A stretch of 64,000 bases of DNA from an uncultured Spirochaetota bacterium (GTDB lineage Bacteria; Spirochaetota; Spirochaetia; SZUA-6; Fen-1364), in NCBI GenBank assembly GCA_963820435.1, contig CAWGAC010000008.1:6497-70496 (forward strand). The letters are read 5' to 3'. A program made the position numbers and the translations under genes. The notes under the pieces are model-generated. The model did no database searches. It was not told where the DNA came from and saw only the letters and a list, made by a program, of their open reading frames with translations. Shown here in pieces: positions 49,683 to 59,405 of the stretch; positions within the stretch are counted from its first letter, which is position 1; each line of letters begins with the position of its first letter.

Positions 49683-51092
49683 ATGTTGAAACGTTGCGCG
49701 CTCGGCCTGCTGGCCGCGCTCCTTCTCTCTCCCGGTCTCTTTGCCCAGACCGGGACCGCCGCGCCCGCGGCGCCCACTGGCTCAGGCAATGGGGAGGACG
49801 AGTTCTTCGGCTCCGCCCCGGTCGAGGCGACCCAGGGGACCGCGGAGAAAAAGAACAGCGCGGAAGACATCGAGAAGGAACGGGTGGGGCTTTCGGGCAT
49901 TCTGCAGGGAACGGGCTCCTATACAATGACGCGCGATTTCGTGCAGGGGATTTCCGGCGCGAGTGACAACACCCTTTCCAACGTCATGATGGGTGACTTC
50001 CTGGTGGACGCGCGGCTGCAGAAGAGCTTTCGGGCATTCGTGGACCTCAATGTGAGTTACCTCACCGGCGGCGCGCCATTGGTCCACGATTTCATGACCG
50101 TGCCGACGCCGCCGGCGAAGCCAACGCCGTTCCTCCTTTCTGAAAACCAGACCACCTTTCTGGACGTGAAGGAGTTTTTCGTCGATTTCAATGCGGCCAA
50201 TACCGTCTATTTTCGAGCAGGCAAACAGGTGCTCCAGTGGGGAACGGGCTATTTCTGGAACCCGACCGATCTGATCAATATCGAGCACAAGAGCTTCACG
50301 AACCTGACCGCGCTCCTTGATGGGGTGTTCGGCCTGCGCAGCGACGTAGTTTTCGCGCGTGAGTTCCATCTCTACACTTTTCTCAACCTCAATGCGATCC
50401 AGGACATCACCGATGTCGCGTTCGCCGCGCGCAGCGAATTTCTTGTCGGCACATTCGAGTTCGGCTTTTCCGGCTGGTTCAAGTCAGGGAAGATCCCTGT
50501 CTTCGGAGTCGACCTTACCTCCCCGCTCTTCTGGAGTCTGAACCTCACCGGCGAGGCGAGCTTCTCCTGGGGGGACAACCAGAAAATGCTGGACGCGGAC
50601 GGCGTGACCACCTCCACCATTCGCGGCCAGCTCGTCCCGAAGGTCGACGTGGGGCTGTCCAGGTCCTTCGACGCATTCGACGTGCAGGACCGGATCATGG
50701 TCGAGGTCGAGTTTTTCTATAACGGAGCGGGCTACGACGTGAACATGTTCCAGAAGCTCAGCCTCAACCCGACAGGGCTCGCCACGTTTCTCGGCAGCTA
50801 CTATCAGCCGGGTTACTACGGGAAATACTACGCGGCGTTCTTCATCACGGTGAGCAAGTTCATCGTCAGCAACATGACACTCACGCTGAACGGTTTGACC
50901 AACCTGTCGGACTCCTCCGGCATCGGGTTGATCGGCCTCGCGTATGACCCCGTCAACAATTTCGAGCTGTCTCTCCAGCTCGGCTCGTATCTCGGTCCGA
51001 ACAACAGCGAATACACGAGTTCTCCGACGAGCACATATGGTCTGAGCAACAACATGTTCTTCGTGATCCTGGGCGCAAAAGTCTCGTTCTAG
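49683..51092 (+). CDS. Putative outer-membrane beta-barrel protein
   Basis: Signal peptide, RAGKQVLQWG.GYFWNPTD motif, alternating beta-strand pattern and terminal KVSF. Confidence 0.65.
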   Translation: MLKRCALGLLAALLLSPGLFAQTGTAAPAAPTGSGNGEDEFFGSAPVEATQGTAEKKNSAEDIEKERVGLSGILQGTGSYTMTRDFVQGISGASDNTLSNVMMGDFLVDARLQKSFRAFVDLNVSYLTGGAPLVHDFMTVPTPPAKPTPFLLSENQTTFLDVKEFFVDFNAANTVYFRAGKQVLQWGTGYFWNPTDLINIEHKSFTNLTALLDGVFGLRSDVVFAREFHLYTFLNLNAIQDITDVAFAARSEFLVGTFEFGFSGWFKSGKIPVFGVDLTSPLFWSLNLTGEASFSWGDNQKMLDADGVTTSTIRGQLVPKVDVGLSRSFDAFDVQDRIMVEVEFFYNGAGYDVNMFQKLSLNPTGLATFLGSYYQPGYYGKYYAAFFITVSKFIVSNMTLTLNGLTNLSDSSGIGLIGLAYDPVNNFELSLQLGSYLGPNNSEYTSSPTSTYGLSNNMFFVILGAKVSF

Positions 51093-52198
51093 AGAAGACT
51101 CTTCACCTTTTCCGCGATGGCCAGGCAGGCGGTCAGGCCGGGAGACTCCATGCCGACCAGATTGACGAGCCCGGGAAGACCGCGGTCGCTCTCCTCTCGG
51201 ATCACGAAATCCCTGAACGGCTCTCCCCGCCGGTAGAGCTTCGGCCGGATTCCCGACATGTCCGGGGACAGGTCGTCCCGCTCCAGGAAGGGAAGGAAAC
51301 GGTGGGCCTTCCGGTGGAAAACCGACTGGTGGGCAGGGTCGACCGCGTAGTCAAGGGTGTCAACGTAGAAAGAGCTCGGACCTATCTTCAAGCTGTCGTC
51401 CAGGCCGAGGACGGCATGCGCGCCGAGGTGAACAGATGAAGGAACCGGATACACAAGAGTATGGAGCCTGCCATTGTGCCGGGAGGAGACCCGAAAATAC
51501 TCTCCCTTGCAGGGATGGATTTCATATCCGGCCTTCGCAATATCTATCCCTGCCATCCCGGCAATCCGGTCCGCATGAAGACCGGCGGAATTGATCACGC
51601 ACGCTGCCCTCAAGGCGGTGAGCGTACCGTCGGGCTCGCGGATCTCGACCGAGTAGCCGGCACCGGTCCCTGCAATCGCGGTAACCTCGCAGCCGTACGC
51701 CAGCGTCACCCCCCGCGAGCCGGCCGCGTGCGCGAGGTACTCCATCAGCCGATGGCTGTCCGCGATCCCGCTCTCCCGGCTGACCAACCCGAGGATCCCG
51801 CGCACATCGGGCTCCCGGGCGGCGATCTCCCTGCCGTCGATCAGGCTGAGACCAGGAACGCCGTTCTTCTTTCCCTGCGTGAAGATCTCCTGGAGCTTGT
51901 CCGTCTCGGTTTCATCGGTTGCCACGACGATCTTGCCGGTCTTGCGGTGAGGGATTCCTTCGCGCGCGCAGAGCTCGTACAGGAGCGGATTGCCCCGCAC
52001 GCACAGCCGGGTCTTGAGGAGCTCCGCGGCATAGTACATGCCGCAGTGGATGACCTCGCTGTTCCGGGAGGACGTCTCCCGTCCGAACCCGTCGTGCATT
52101 TCCACGACAACGATCTCCCGGGAGGGATCGGCGAGCCTTTGGGCGATCGCCAGGCCGATCACGCCGGCGCCAATGATGAGGACATCCACCTCGTCCAT
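51089..52198 (-). CDS. FAD-dependent oxidoreductase, L-2-hydroxyglutarate oxidase (LhgO)-like
   Basis: IIGAGVIG, ETSSRNSEVIH.G, CKGEY, SGIRPK and ESPGLT. Confidence 0.88.
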   Translation of the reverse strand: MDEVDVLIIGAGVIGLAIAQRLADPSREIVVVEMHDGFGRETSSRNSEVIHCGMYYAAELLKTRLCVRGNPLLYELCAREGIPHRKTGKIVVATDETETDKLQEIFTQGKKNGVPGLSLIDGREIAAREPDVRGILGLVSRESGIADSHRLMEYLAHAAGSRGVTLAYGCEVTAIAGTGAGYSVEIREPDGTLTALRAACVINSAGLHADRIAGMAGIDIAKAGYEIHPCKGEYFRVSSRHNGRLHTLVYPVPSSVHLGAHAVLGLDDSLKIGPSSFYVDTLDYAVDPAHQSVFHRKAHRFLPFLERDDLSPDMSGIRPKLYRRGEPFRDFVIREESDRGLPGLVNLVGMESPGLTACLAIAEKVKSLL

Positions 52199-52256
52199 GG
52201 GTTGGACTATAGCAACAATTCAACCCCTTGAGGTACCATCCGTGGGAGCACAGGAT

Positions 52257-53528
52257 ATGCCAGAGCGCGCTCACCACGCCCCGCCAAGACCCCTGGTCGT
52301 CATCGGCACGGACGCCCTCCCCCGGCTGCAGCAATTCTGCCGGGAGACGGGCCGCCGTCGTCTGCTCCTTGTCGCGGACTCCCGCACGTATCACGCCGCA
52401 GGGGAGGCAGTGGAGAGCGCGCTCCGCGGGATCGGCTGCGAGATAAGGGCGATCGTCTTCACGGGGGGCGAGGTGGTTGCGGACGCCCCTCACGTGCTTC
52501 GCGTCCTGCTTGCCGCCGACGGCGTCGACCTGACATTCCTCGCCGTCGGCTCGGGTACGATCACGGACATCACGCGGTTCGTCAGTCACAGGACCGGTTG
52601 CCCGTTCATTTCTGTTCCGACGGCGCCCTCGGTGGACGGATATACATCGAGGGGAGCGCCTTTGATCGTCGACGGGGTGAAAACCACCGCGAATGCCCAG
52701 GCGCCCCTCGCCATTTTCGCCGACCTCGCCACCTTGTGTGCGGCGCCGCAGCGGATGATCGCGGCCGGATTCGGCGACATGCTGGGGAAGCACACGTCGG
52801 TGGCGGACTGGCGGCTGGCCCACCTGCTCTGGGACCTGCCCTTCGACGAGTCCATCGCGGAAAGGACCCTCCGCGCCGTGCGGGGATGCGAGGAGCGGGC
52901 AGGGGAGATAGCCGCGGCATCCGCGGACGGCGTGCGCAGCCTCATGGAGGCCCTGATCGAATCAGGGTTCTGCATGCTGGATTTCGGGAGCTCCCTGCCG
53001 GCCTCCGGATCGGAGCATCATTATTCCCACTACTGGGAGATGAAGCTGCTGAGGGAGGGCCGGCCCGCGATCCTGCACGGCGCGAAGGTCGGTGTGGCCG
53101 CGATCCTCGTGGCCGGACTCTACGAAAGGATCGGGCGGATATCACGGGAGCAGGCCGCGGCGTTATTGAAGGACTCCCGTCTGCCCGGGCGCGAAGAGGA
53201 GATGCAGCGCATTCGCTCGGCCTATGGACCTCTGGCGTCCGACGTCATTGCCTCCCAGGCGCCGTTCCTGGACATGGGCGAGCCGGACTACGCGCGGTTG
53301 AAACAGAAGATCCAGGACCGGTGGGGAGAAATCCAGGAAATCGCCCGGCAGGTTCCCGGCCCCGCGCGCATCACGGAGCTGCTCCAGGCCGCAGGAGGCC
53401 CGGTGAGCGTGGCGGCGCTGGGTCTGACCGAAGAGGAGCGGGTCCTTGCCGAGACCGTGAGTCACTACCTTCGCCCGCATTTCACGATACCCAAGCTCAT
53501 GCGGGTCCTCGCCGCTTCCTCTCAGTAG
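52257..53528 (+). CDS. sn-glycerol-1-phosphate dehydrogenase (AraM/EgsA family)
   Basis: GSGTITD, PTAPSVDGY, GFGD, SGSEHHYSH and LHGAKVG. Confidence 0.85.
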   Translation: MPERAHHAPPRPLVVIGTDALPRLQQFCRETGRRRLLLVADSRTYHAAGEAVESALRGIGCEIRAIVFTGGEVVADAPHVLRVLLAADGVDLTFLAVGSGTITDITRFVSHRTGCPFISVPTAPSVDGYTSRGAPLIVDGVKTTANAQAPLAIFADLATLCAAPQRMIAAGFGDMLGKHTSVADWRLAHLLWDLPFDESIAERTLRAVRGCEERAGEIAAASADGVRSLMEALIESGFCMLDFGSSLPASGSEHHYSHYWEMKLLREGRPAILHGAKVGVAAILVAGLYERIGRISREQAAALLKDSRLPGREEEMQRIRSAYGPLASDVIASQAPFLDMGEPDYARLKQKIQDRWGEIQEIARQVPGPARITELLQAAGGPVSVAALGLTEEERVLAETVSHYLRPHFTIPKLMRVLAASSQ

Positions 53529-54550
53529 CCTTCGGCCCCTTCGGCGACCTGGGTCCTCGTCACTTTTGCCCGGAAGAATCTGAACACGATGAACTGGTAG
53601 ACGATGACTATGGGAACGAAGATCGCGGCAACGATGCTCATGAGCTTCAAGGTGTAAGGACCTGATGAAGAGTTGTAGATCGTGAGGCTCGCCGCGGCAT
53701 CAAGGCTGGAGGGAATGAGATTCGGGAACAACCCGACGAGCCCCGTGGCGATCACGAGCAGGATCGTCGCGCAGGATGCGGCAAATGCCCCGAGGGGCCG
53801 GCCCCGGGAGTGCGCGATCCGCACCCCGAGCAGGGCCGCGACGGCGAGCACGGGCACGACGATCCAGAGCGGCCGGGCCAGGTAGTTGTCATACAGCCGT
53901 GTCGCGAATCCGGTCAGCACGAGGAATGCCGCCGCGACAACGAGAACCAGGAACCAGAGGATTCCCGCAAGCCTGCCGGTCCGCTCGCCCAGCTCCCCGT
54001 CCGTCTTGTATCTGAGCCAGAGGGCGCCGTGCTGGAGAAACAGGAGGACGAAGAGAAGCGCCGTGAGGAGGCCGTAGGGGTTGAAGAGCATGAAGAAGCT
54101 TCCCCGATAGCCGGTGAGGTCGATCGGCAGGCCTTTGAATATGTTGCCGAATCCCAGCCCGAGCACGAGCGGCGCCGTGAAGCTGGAGACGGCCAGCACC
54201 CAGTCCCACACGGACCTCCACCTCGGCGCGTCGTGCTTGCCGCGCAGCTCGATGGCCGCTCCGCGCGCGATGAGTGAGAAGAGGATCAGCAGCATGGGGA
54301 GGTAGAGGAAGCTGAACATCGACGCGTAGGTTGCGGGAAAGGCCGCGAACGTGGCGCCCCCGGCCGTGATGAGCCAGACTTCGTTGCCGTCCCACACCGG
54401 ACCGATGGCGGCGAGGGCGACCTTCCTGTCCAGCTCGTCCCGGGAAAGGAAGTTGCGCAGCATGCACGCGCCGAAGTCGAAGCCGTCCAGCATGAAGTAG
54501 ACGGCCCACAGCACACCCCACAGGACGAACCAGAGCGTTTGCAGCGCCAT
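53522..54550 (-). CDS. cydB: Cytochrome bd ubiquinol oxidase subunit II
   Basis: LDGFDFG, PVWDGNEVWL, FAAFP..Y and SLTIYNSSS..YTL. Confidence 0.95.
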   Translation of the reverse strand: MALQTLWFVLWGVLWAVYFMLDGFDFGACMLRNFLSRDELDRKVALAAIGPVWDGNEVWLITAGGATFAAFPATYASMFSFLYLPMLLILFSLIARGAAIELRGKHDAPRWRSVWDWVLAVSSFTAPLVLGLGFGNIFKGLPIDLTGYRGSFFMLFNPYGLLTALLFVLLFLQHGALWLRYKTDGELGERTGRLAGILWFLVLVVAAAFLVLTGFATRLYDNYLARPLWIVVPVLAVAALLGVRIAHSRGRPLGAFAASCATILLVIATGLVGLFPNLIPSSLDAAASLTIYNSSSGPYTLKLMSIVAAIFVPIVIVYQFIVFRFFRAKVTRTQVAEGAEGY

Positions 54551-54561
54551 TCCTTCCCTCC

Positions 54562-55869
54562 TCAGTCCTCTGTCCTGCGGGCGTACTTGGCGAGCAGAAA
54601 GACGTCCACCACGGCAAGGGCGCTGTAGATGACAAGGAAACAGATGAGCGAGCCCAGGACGTCACCCGGCGTGATGGCCCGCGAGGCCGCGTCCGCCGTC
54701 TTGAGCAGCCCGTACACGATCCACGGCTGCCGGCCGATCTCCGCGACGATCCACCCCAGCTCGCTGGCCAGGTAGGGCAGGACAAGGGCAACGGTCATGA
54801 TCCAGAGAAACCAGCGTTTCGAAGCGAGCCTGTCCCTCCAGGAAAGAACAGCGGCGACCACCGCCAGCAGCACGAAGAGGAAACCAAGGGCCACCATCAG
54901 GCGGAATCCGAGGAAGCTCACCATCACCGGTGGCCGGTCGCCGGGAGGGAACTCCTCCAGCCCCTTCACCGTGGCGTTGACGTCGTGGTAGGCAAGAAAG
55001 CTGAGTCCTTTGGCGATGGGCAGCGCCTCGATGATGTTGCGCTGCGCCCCTGGGTCGGGGAGCTGGAGCAGATAGAAGGGGGCGCCGGCCTCGGTCTTCC
55101 ACTGCGATTCGATTGCGGCAAGCTTCGTCGGCTGGAACTTCGCCACCTGCAGGCCCGACAGGTCTCCGGCAACGATGATCAGCACCGAGGAGGCGACGGC
55201 GAACGTGGCGGCGAGCCGGAAAGATCTCTTGAACAATTGGGGATTTCTCCCGCGGAGGAGATTGATCGCGGAGATCCCCATGATGAAAAACGCGCTCAAG
55301 GTGTACGCGGCCATGATCACGTGGAAGAACTTGATCCACGCGTACGGATTCCAGATGAGGGCCCCGAAATCGACCAGCTGCGCCTTGCCGCCCGCCAGGA
55401 CATAGCCGCGCGGCTTCTGCATCCATCCGTTGGCCAGCAGGATCCACAATGCGGAAAACGTGCTCGCCGAGGCCACCACCCACATGATCGCCGCATGGGC
55501 TCCGCGTGAGACCCTCTTCCAGCTGAACACCCACAAACCGATGAAGGTGGACTCCAGGAAAAAAGCCACCGTTGCCTCGATGGCGAGGGGCGCTCCGAAG
55601 ATGTCACCGACGAACTTCGAGTATTCCGCCCAGTTCATTCCGAACTGGAACTCCAGCGTGAGGCCCGTGACCACGCCCACGGCGAAGTTGATGAGCAGCA
55701 GCCTGCTCCAATACCTCGTCATGCGCAGCCAGGTCTCGTCCCCGGTCCTGGCGTAGCGGGTTTCCATGAAAGCCACCAGCATGCTGAGACCCAGGGTGAG
55801 GGGGACGAACAGGAAGTGGAAGATCGCAACCGCGGCAAACTGTATCCGGGAGAGTGCCTCGACGCCCAT
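54562..55869 (-). CDS. cydA: Cytochrome bd ubiquinol oxidase subunit I (short Q-loop)
   Basis: FHFLFVP, EFQFGMNW, FFLES, QPTKLAAIE and EIGRQPW. Confidence 0.95.
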   Translation of the reverse strand: MGVEALSRIQFAAVAIFHFLFVPLTLGLSMLVAFMETRYARTGDETWLRMTRYWSRLLLINFAVGVVTGLTLEFQFGMNWAEYSKFVGDIFGAPLAIEATVAFFLESTFIGLWVFSWKRVSRGAHAAIMWVVASASTFSALWILLANGWMQKPRGYVLAGGKAQLVDFGALIWNPYAWIKFFHVIMAAYTLSAFFIMGISAINLLRGRNPQLFKRSFRLAATFAVASSVLIIVAGDLSGLQVAKFQPTKLAAIESQWKTEAGAPFYLLQLPDPGAQRNIIEALPIAKGLSFLAYHDVNATVKGLEEFPPGDRPPVMVSFLGFRLMVALGFLFVLLAVVAAVLSWRDRLASKRWFLWIMTVALVLPYLASELGWIVAEIGRQPWIVYGLLKTADAASRAITPGDVLGSLICFLVIYSALAVVDVFLLAKYARRTED

Positions 55870-55898
55870 GGAGCGGCTCTAACATATCTCACTCCGGT

Positions 55899-55912
55899 TG
55901 TCAATCGTGACA
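55899..55912. promoter_or_regulatory. Palindrome in the cydA/cydD divergent gap
   Basis: TGTCA-ATCG-TGACA; overlaps a minus-strand TTGACA. Confidence 0.45.
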
Positions 55913-55937
55913 GCTTTTCCGTACACTCGTCACTGCG

Positions 55938-57629
55938 ATGATGAGCACCTCCACGTGGCTGCGCGACAGAAGCCGGCCTGCCCGGCGCAACCTTGCCCTG
56001 ACGGTCGCGCTGGGCGAGCTGTCGGGAATCCTCCTGATCCTCCAGACTTCTTTTCTCGTCCAGATCGGCAATGGCGTCATGTTCCGAGGGAGCAGCCTTC
56101 CCCGGCTCCTGCCCGTCTTTGCGGCGCTCCTGGGCGTGATCCTTCTGCGCGCCCTCGCCGCGTGGGGGTCCCGGCGCGCCGCTTTCGAATGCGCGTCCGG
56201 CGCGAAACTGACCCTGCGCAGGGAGCTCACGGAGCACCTCCAGGCCATCGGACCGATTGCCCTCGCGGGCATGCGCGCGGGGGAGATCGCCCACACCACG
56301 GTCGACGCGGTGGAAGCCCTGGATGCCTACTTCTCGAAATACCTTCCCCAGCGGGCCATCGCCACCCTGCTGCCGTTCACGATCCTTGCCGTGGTGTTTC
56401 CACTGGACTGGATCTCGGGGCTCGTCCTCGTCCTCACCGCGGTATTCCTTCCCCTGAACATGATCGTCATCGGCGAAGAATCGCACGCCCGCAACCAGCG
56501 CCTGTGGGGAAAGCTCGCCCGGATGAGCGGGCATTTTCTCGACGCGCTCCAGGGACTGGCGACGACGAAGATGTTCGGCGCCGCCCGCAGGGAGGCGGGA
56601 GAGATCGCCCGGACGTCCGAAGAGTACCGCGGCATGACGATGTCGGTTCTCAAGGTAGCATTCCTGTCTTCGTTCATGCTCGAGCTGATTGCGAGCGTCA
56701 GCATCGCCCTGGTCGCCATTCTCTCGGGGCTGCGTCTGCTCTCCGCTTCCATGGAGTTCGCCCCGGGGTATTTCATCCTGTTGATTGCCCCCGAGTATTT
56801 CCTCACCCTGCGCGCGCTGGGAACCTTCTATCATTCGCGCATGGAGGCGGTAAGCGCCGCCGACCAGGTGCGGGCCCTTTTGCAGACGGGCCCGCCGCGG
56901 CGTCTCCCGGATTCCCCGCCCGCCACGCGCGCGGCGGCCCGGCCCGCAGCGCGGATCGCTCCCCGCCCGCGGCATGCGCGCGGGGTGGCTTTTGAAGGCG
57001 TATCCTTCGCGTACGAAGCGCGGCCCATTCTGGAAGATGTGACATTCTCTGTAAGCTCCGGGGAACATGTCGCCGTCCTCGGAGCGAGCGGGGCAGGCAA
57101 GTCGACGCTCCTCTCCCTGCTCCTGGGCTTCGCCACGCCCGACAGCGGCCGGCTGCTCATCGACGGGAATGACCTGCGCGACCTCGACAGCCGCGCGTGG
57201 CTCGACACGGTCGCCTGGCTGCCGCAGCGGCCGACCCTGTTTCACGGAACCTTGCGGGACAACATCGTTCTCGGCCGGCCGTCAGCCGGCGACCGCGAGA
57301 TCCGGGAGGCCATTCGGCTTTCACACGCGTCGGAGTTCATCGAAAGAATGCCTGCCGGGCTCCACACCCGCGTAGGGGAAGGGGGACAAGGGCTTTCCAT
57401 GGGACAGCTCCAGCGCGTTGCGCTGGCCCGCCTGTTCCTCCGTGACCCGGGCCTGGTCCTCCTCGACGAGCCGACGGCCCACCTGGACCCGGAAAGTGAA
57501 CGCATGGTGAATGCCGGAATCCGCAATCTGACGGAGGGCCGCACCACGGTCCTGGTGACCCATCGCCCGGCCGACGGGGTGGATCGTGTGCTCGCCCTCG
57601 CCGCCGGCCGGATACGCGAGGCTTCATGA
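55938..57629 (+). CDS. cydD: Thiol/heme ABC exporter subunit CydD
   Basis: YFSKYLPQ, LRVAFLSS-like motif, LIAPEYF..LR..G..YH, GASGAGKS and DEPTAHLD. Confidence 0.92.
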   Translation: MMSTSTWLRDRSRPARRNLALTVALGELSGILLILQTSFLVQIGNGVMFRGSSLPRLLPVFAALLGVILLRALAAWGSRRAAFECASGAKLTLRRELTEHLQAIGPIALAGMRAGEIAHTTVDAVEALDAYFSKYLPQRAIATLLPFTILAVVFPLDWISGLVLVLTAVFLPLNMIVIGEESHARNQRLWGKLARMSGHFLDALQGLATTKMFGAARREAGEIARTSEEYRGMTMSVLKVAFLSSFMLELIASVSIALVAILSGLRLLSASMEFAPGYFILLIAPEYFLTLRALGTFYHSRMEAVSAADQVRALLQTGPPRRLPDSPPATRAAARPAARIAPRPRHARGVAFEGVSFAYEARPILEDVTFSVSSGEHVAVLGASGAGKSTLLSLLLGFATPDSGRLLIDGNDLRDLDSRAWLDTVAWLPQRPTLFHGTLRDNIVLGRPSAGDREIREAIRLSHASEFIERMPAGLHTRVGEGGQGLSMGQLQRVALARLFLRDPGLVLLDEPTAHLDPESERMVNAGIRNLTEGRTTVLVTHRPADGVDRVLALAAGRIREAS

Positions 57630-59353
57630 GAGACCTGTTTCGCCTGGTAAAGCTGGTGCGTCCCCACTGGCGGCTGGCGGTGCTCGGGCTTGCTCTCTCC
57701 CTTGCGACGCTCCTGGCCAATGTCGGGCTGCTTGCGCTCTCCAGCTGGTTCATCGCGTCGATGGCGATTGCGGGCCTGGCCGGCACATTGATGGACTACA
57801 CGACCGCGGGCGCGGGCGTACGCGCTCTTGCCCTCGGCCGGGCCGCGGGGCGGTATGCCGAGCGGCTCGTCAATCACGATGTCACGTTCAGGATCCTCTC
57901 CGCGCTGCGCGTCTGGTTCTACCAGCGCATCGAGCCTCTCGCCCCCGCGCGACTGTCCGCGTATCGAAGCGGCGATCTGTTGAGCCGCATCCGGGCCGAC
58001 ATCGACACCCTGGACGATTTCTACGTGCGCGGGGTCGTGCCTTCGATCGTGGCCGTGCTCGCCGTCGCCTGCATTGTCCCGTTCCTCGCGCATTATGACG
58101 CGCGTCTCGCGTTGATTGATGGAGCAGCCCTGGCATTCGCCGGCGTCCTTCTTCCGCTGCTCCTGCACCGGCTGTCCGCGCGCCCGGGGCGCGAGCGCGT
58201 CGCGTGGGCCGCGGAGCTTCGCGCGTCGATCGTCGAGGAAGTCCAGGGAATGGCGGAGCTCGTCGCGCTCGGCGCAGCGGGCGCGCATGCCGCGCATATC
58301 GAGGCGGCAGGCCGGGAGATGGACGGACGGCAGCGCACGCTCGCCTCGCTGCAGGGGCTCGGCGACGCGGGCATTGTCGCGGCGAGCGCCCTCGCCGTGT
58401 GGGCCGCCGCCTTTGTGCTCGCGCCCGTTGTGGCCGGCGGCGGGCTGCCGCGCGCCGACATGGCCATGCTGACCGTGCTCGTCCTTGCCGGCTTCGAGAG
58501 CATCATGCCCCTGCCCGGCGTGATGCAGAGGGCGGGGGAAATGACCGCCGCGGCGCGCCGGCTTTTTCAGATCATCGACGCGGTCCCCGCGGTCAAGGAG
58601 CCCGCGGAACCGGGGGACGCTGCCCGGGCCTTCTTTCCCCCGGGAAAGAAGACTCCCGGCCCGGTATCCCTGTCGATCCGGGATCTTCGCTTTCGATACT
58701 CTCCTGAGCAGCCCTGGGCAATCGATGGACTCTCCTTCGACATTCCCGCCGGCGCCCGGCTGGGCATCATCGGGCCCACAGGAGCGGGAAAGAGCTCGCT
58801 CGTCAATGTCCTTCTGCGCTTCTGGGATTTTGAAGCCGGAAGCATCCGGGTGTTCAACGCCGCCGACGGACAGGGCGGGACGGGTTCCGACGGGTATGAC
58901 CTGCGCGCGATGGCTCCTGAAGATGTCCGGAGGCTCTTCGCCGTGGTGCCCCAGGCGCCGTACCTCTTTCACGCAAGCATTCGCGAGAATCTGCTGATCG
59001 CGCTTCCGCCCTCTCTCGATCCGGCGGCGCGGGACGAGGCGCTCCTGTCGGCGCTGCGGGCCGCGCAATTGTCGGAGTTTGTTGCCTCTCTGCCGGACGG
59101 CCTGGATACGATCGTCGGTGAGACCGGCCGGGAGGTCTCGACCGGAGAGATGCAGCGTATCGCCGTTGCGCGGGCCCTGCTTCGGGACGCGCCCGTCTAT
59201 ATTCTCGATGAGCCCACGGAAGGGCTCGATGATCGGACGGCCGGCATGCTCCTCGACACGCTTGCCGGGAAGCTGCCGGGGAAGACGCTCGTTGTCATCA
59301 CCCACCGTGAACGCGAGCTGGCAATAGTCGACAGCGTTGTTCGTCTGGGCTGA
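57626..59353 (+). CDS. cydC: Thiol/heme ABC exporter subunit CydC
   Basis: RYAERLVNHD.TF, GDLLSRI..D.DTLD, GPTGAGKS and DEPTEGLD; ATGA overlap with cydD. Confidence 0.92.
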   Translation: MRDLFRLVKLVRPHWRLAVLGLALSLATLLANVGLLALSSWFIASMAIAGLAGTLMDYTTAGAGVRALALGRAAGRYAERLVNHDVTFRILSALRVWFYQRIEPLAPARLSAYRSGDLLSRIRADIDTLDDFYVRGVVPSIVAVLAVACIVPFLAHYDARLALIDGAALAFAGVLLPLLLHRLSARPGRERVAWAAELRASIVEEVQGMAELVALGAAGAHAAHIEAAGREMDGRQRTLASLQGLGDAGIVAASALAVWAAAFVLAPVVAGGGLPRADMAMLTVLVLAGFESIMPLPGVMQRAGEMTAAARRLFQIIDAVPAVKEPAEPGDAARAFFPPGKKTPGPVSLSIRDLRFRYSPEQPWAIDGLSFDIPAGARLGIIGPTGAGKSSLVNVLLRFWDFEAGSIRVFNAADGQGGTGSDGYDLRAMAPEDVRRLFAVVPQAPYLFHASIRENLLIALPPSLDPAARDEALLSALRAAQLSEFVASLPDGLDTIVGETGREVSTGEMQRIAVARALLRDAPVYILDEPTEGLDDRTAGMLLDTLAGKLPGKTLVVITHRERELAIVDSVVRLG

Positions 59354-59405
59354 ATCCAACGGGGCTTTGCCGGTGTAGTAACTTTACGTGAGAGGAATGC
59401 AGGCC

